A DNA stretch of 62,059 nt, filler included, from Sphacelaria rigidula (lineage: Eukaryota): the NCBI GenBank assembly GCA_964200075.2. It is 8 parts of 8 records of this genome, joined end to end, with 100 filler letters (N's around TTAATTAATTAA, not from the genome) between each part and the next. Parts side by side here need not be neighbours in the genome. Positions count along the whole stretch, not along the records: positions 54,391 to 62,059 come from CAXNAA020013854.1; 7 more parts are not named here. One strand, 5' to 3'. Positions 60,809 through 62,059 of the stretch are shown here, piece by piece. The notes under the pieces were generated by a model. It was not told the origin of the DNA. It was given only the letters and a program-made list of their open reading frames with translations, and made no database searches. A program made the position numbers and the translations under genes. The first letter of the stretch is position 1. Each line of letters starts with the position of its first letter.

Positions 60809-62059
60809 AAAGGGTAACCTAGGGGGAGGGGGGGGAGGGGGTATTTGTTACTTTCCTTAGTCATTTGACCGTTGACCGTAAAACCACGGGGGGGGGTGGG
60901 GGGCGCATCCATTCACAGGATTGAACACTACGTGAGGAATGAACCAATTGTAATTTCTGGGGTCCCATGGACCAGCCGGTACCATATTCCCGGAAAAGTT
61001 GGAAAAGTTTAACGTTTCCTCCATTTCAAGTTGAAGAGTTTTGGGTGTCAAGGGCATTTCTTGACGAATCAGACACCCTGTCCGGAAGACTATCGTGGAT
61101 TCGAACAGGACAAAAATGACGATGGCAGATGCCGTCAGTGTGAGAGTGAGAACGAGCACCATAAATTGGGCCAAGCAACAAAACACCGTATGGGGAATGC
61201 GGCATGAGTTTTTGGTCGAACATCATCCTTTCCCAACTTCAACCGTCCACGAGGTATGTTCCATGGTCCCATATTTTGTTCCGAATCCGCCCTCGAACGG
61301 TTCTGTGTAACCTACCCCCGTAGAACGGAAACGTGCATGACTGCAACAGGTGGTGTCCACCATCAGCAAAGAAAGGACGGAAATCTACATAAATAAAAAC
61401 ATCACCCGCACATGCGCTCATGATAATTTCATCAATCGTATTTTCTTGGGCCTGAGTGTTTTTGTCACGCGACTAGATGGATCTGCGGCACAGCGGGGAC
61501 TGTCCGATTTGGCACAGTACAGTCAGCACACTGTTTCATGAGCATACAAAGGATCATGCAGTTGGCCGACAAAGGCAACCGTGTTACTAGACAGCCTAGA
61601 ATATCGATCAAGATCATGTTTTACTGATATTCAACCCGTTATCTATTGAACCATACCCTTTGCCTGGTACTTACCCTGTCGGCACTCCAGAGCAGCGGCC
61701 GACTGTGCGTGGTGGGCTGTGCTGTTCGCCGCTGAGTATCTGTTGTCTGCGCTCATTTCGATTTCCTGCGTTTTCATACCCGCGGTCGAAAAGACGGATC
61801 ATCTCCGAGGACAAAAAGGGTAATAGATGGATGAAAAAAATCTCTCGTTTTGATGCTTTTGTAGTGGATGAGGGCAGTAAATGTCTCACTCGCGTTGGGT
61901 AAATCTCATAAAACACCCCACACCAAGGGGCCCTACAGACTGGAAAACGGTTTATACCCCCCCCCCCCCCCCCCCCGGGGGGGGGGGAGAATGGGGAAAA
62001 CCAAAAAAGGGCGCCCCAAAACCTTTTTTCCCCTTTTTTTTTCTCAAACCCGGGAATTT

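Noticed and set aside
60857-61421. Possible decayed coding region (SCTFPFYGG..IWDHGTY; GPWDPRNYNWFIPHVVFNP)
   Set aside because: Broken across frames, with no family I can name.
173-61916. Bulk of the six-frame ORF list as genes
   Set aside because: The ORFs are short, mutually overlapping, often start at non-ATG codons, and many lie in repeats or palindromes. This is expected noise in ~50% GC intron and intergenic DNA.

Overview
This is eukaryotic, repeat-rich genomic DNA, very probably from a brown alga (Phaeophyceae), and not one locus. Seven identical 100-bp linkers (N44-TTAATTAATTAA-N44) join eight scaffolds of 7,669-7,670 bp, so nothing can be inferred across the linkers. One host gene is clear: a 7-exon, minus-strand gene (19890 to 15541, cut by the scaffold end) encoding an N-terminal membrane anchor, an 8-Cys WSC domain, a Pro/Thr linker and the start of a mannuronan C-5-epimerase domain. 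Recognisable transposon coding remnants are a decayed tyrosine-recombinase retrotransposon (RNase H plus YR, no methyltransferase between them) and a hAT transposase C-terminus. Most of the rest is non-autonomous elements. The most interesting signals are two. First, two short retroposon families share a structured ~75-nt 3' end, are variably 5'-truncated and sit in poly(C) tracts; a third family ends in (CA)n. Second, a 299-bp AACA...TGTT MITE has 4-bp target-site duplications proven by empty-site copies inside this window. Most of the supplied six-frame ORFs are spurious.
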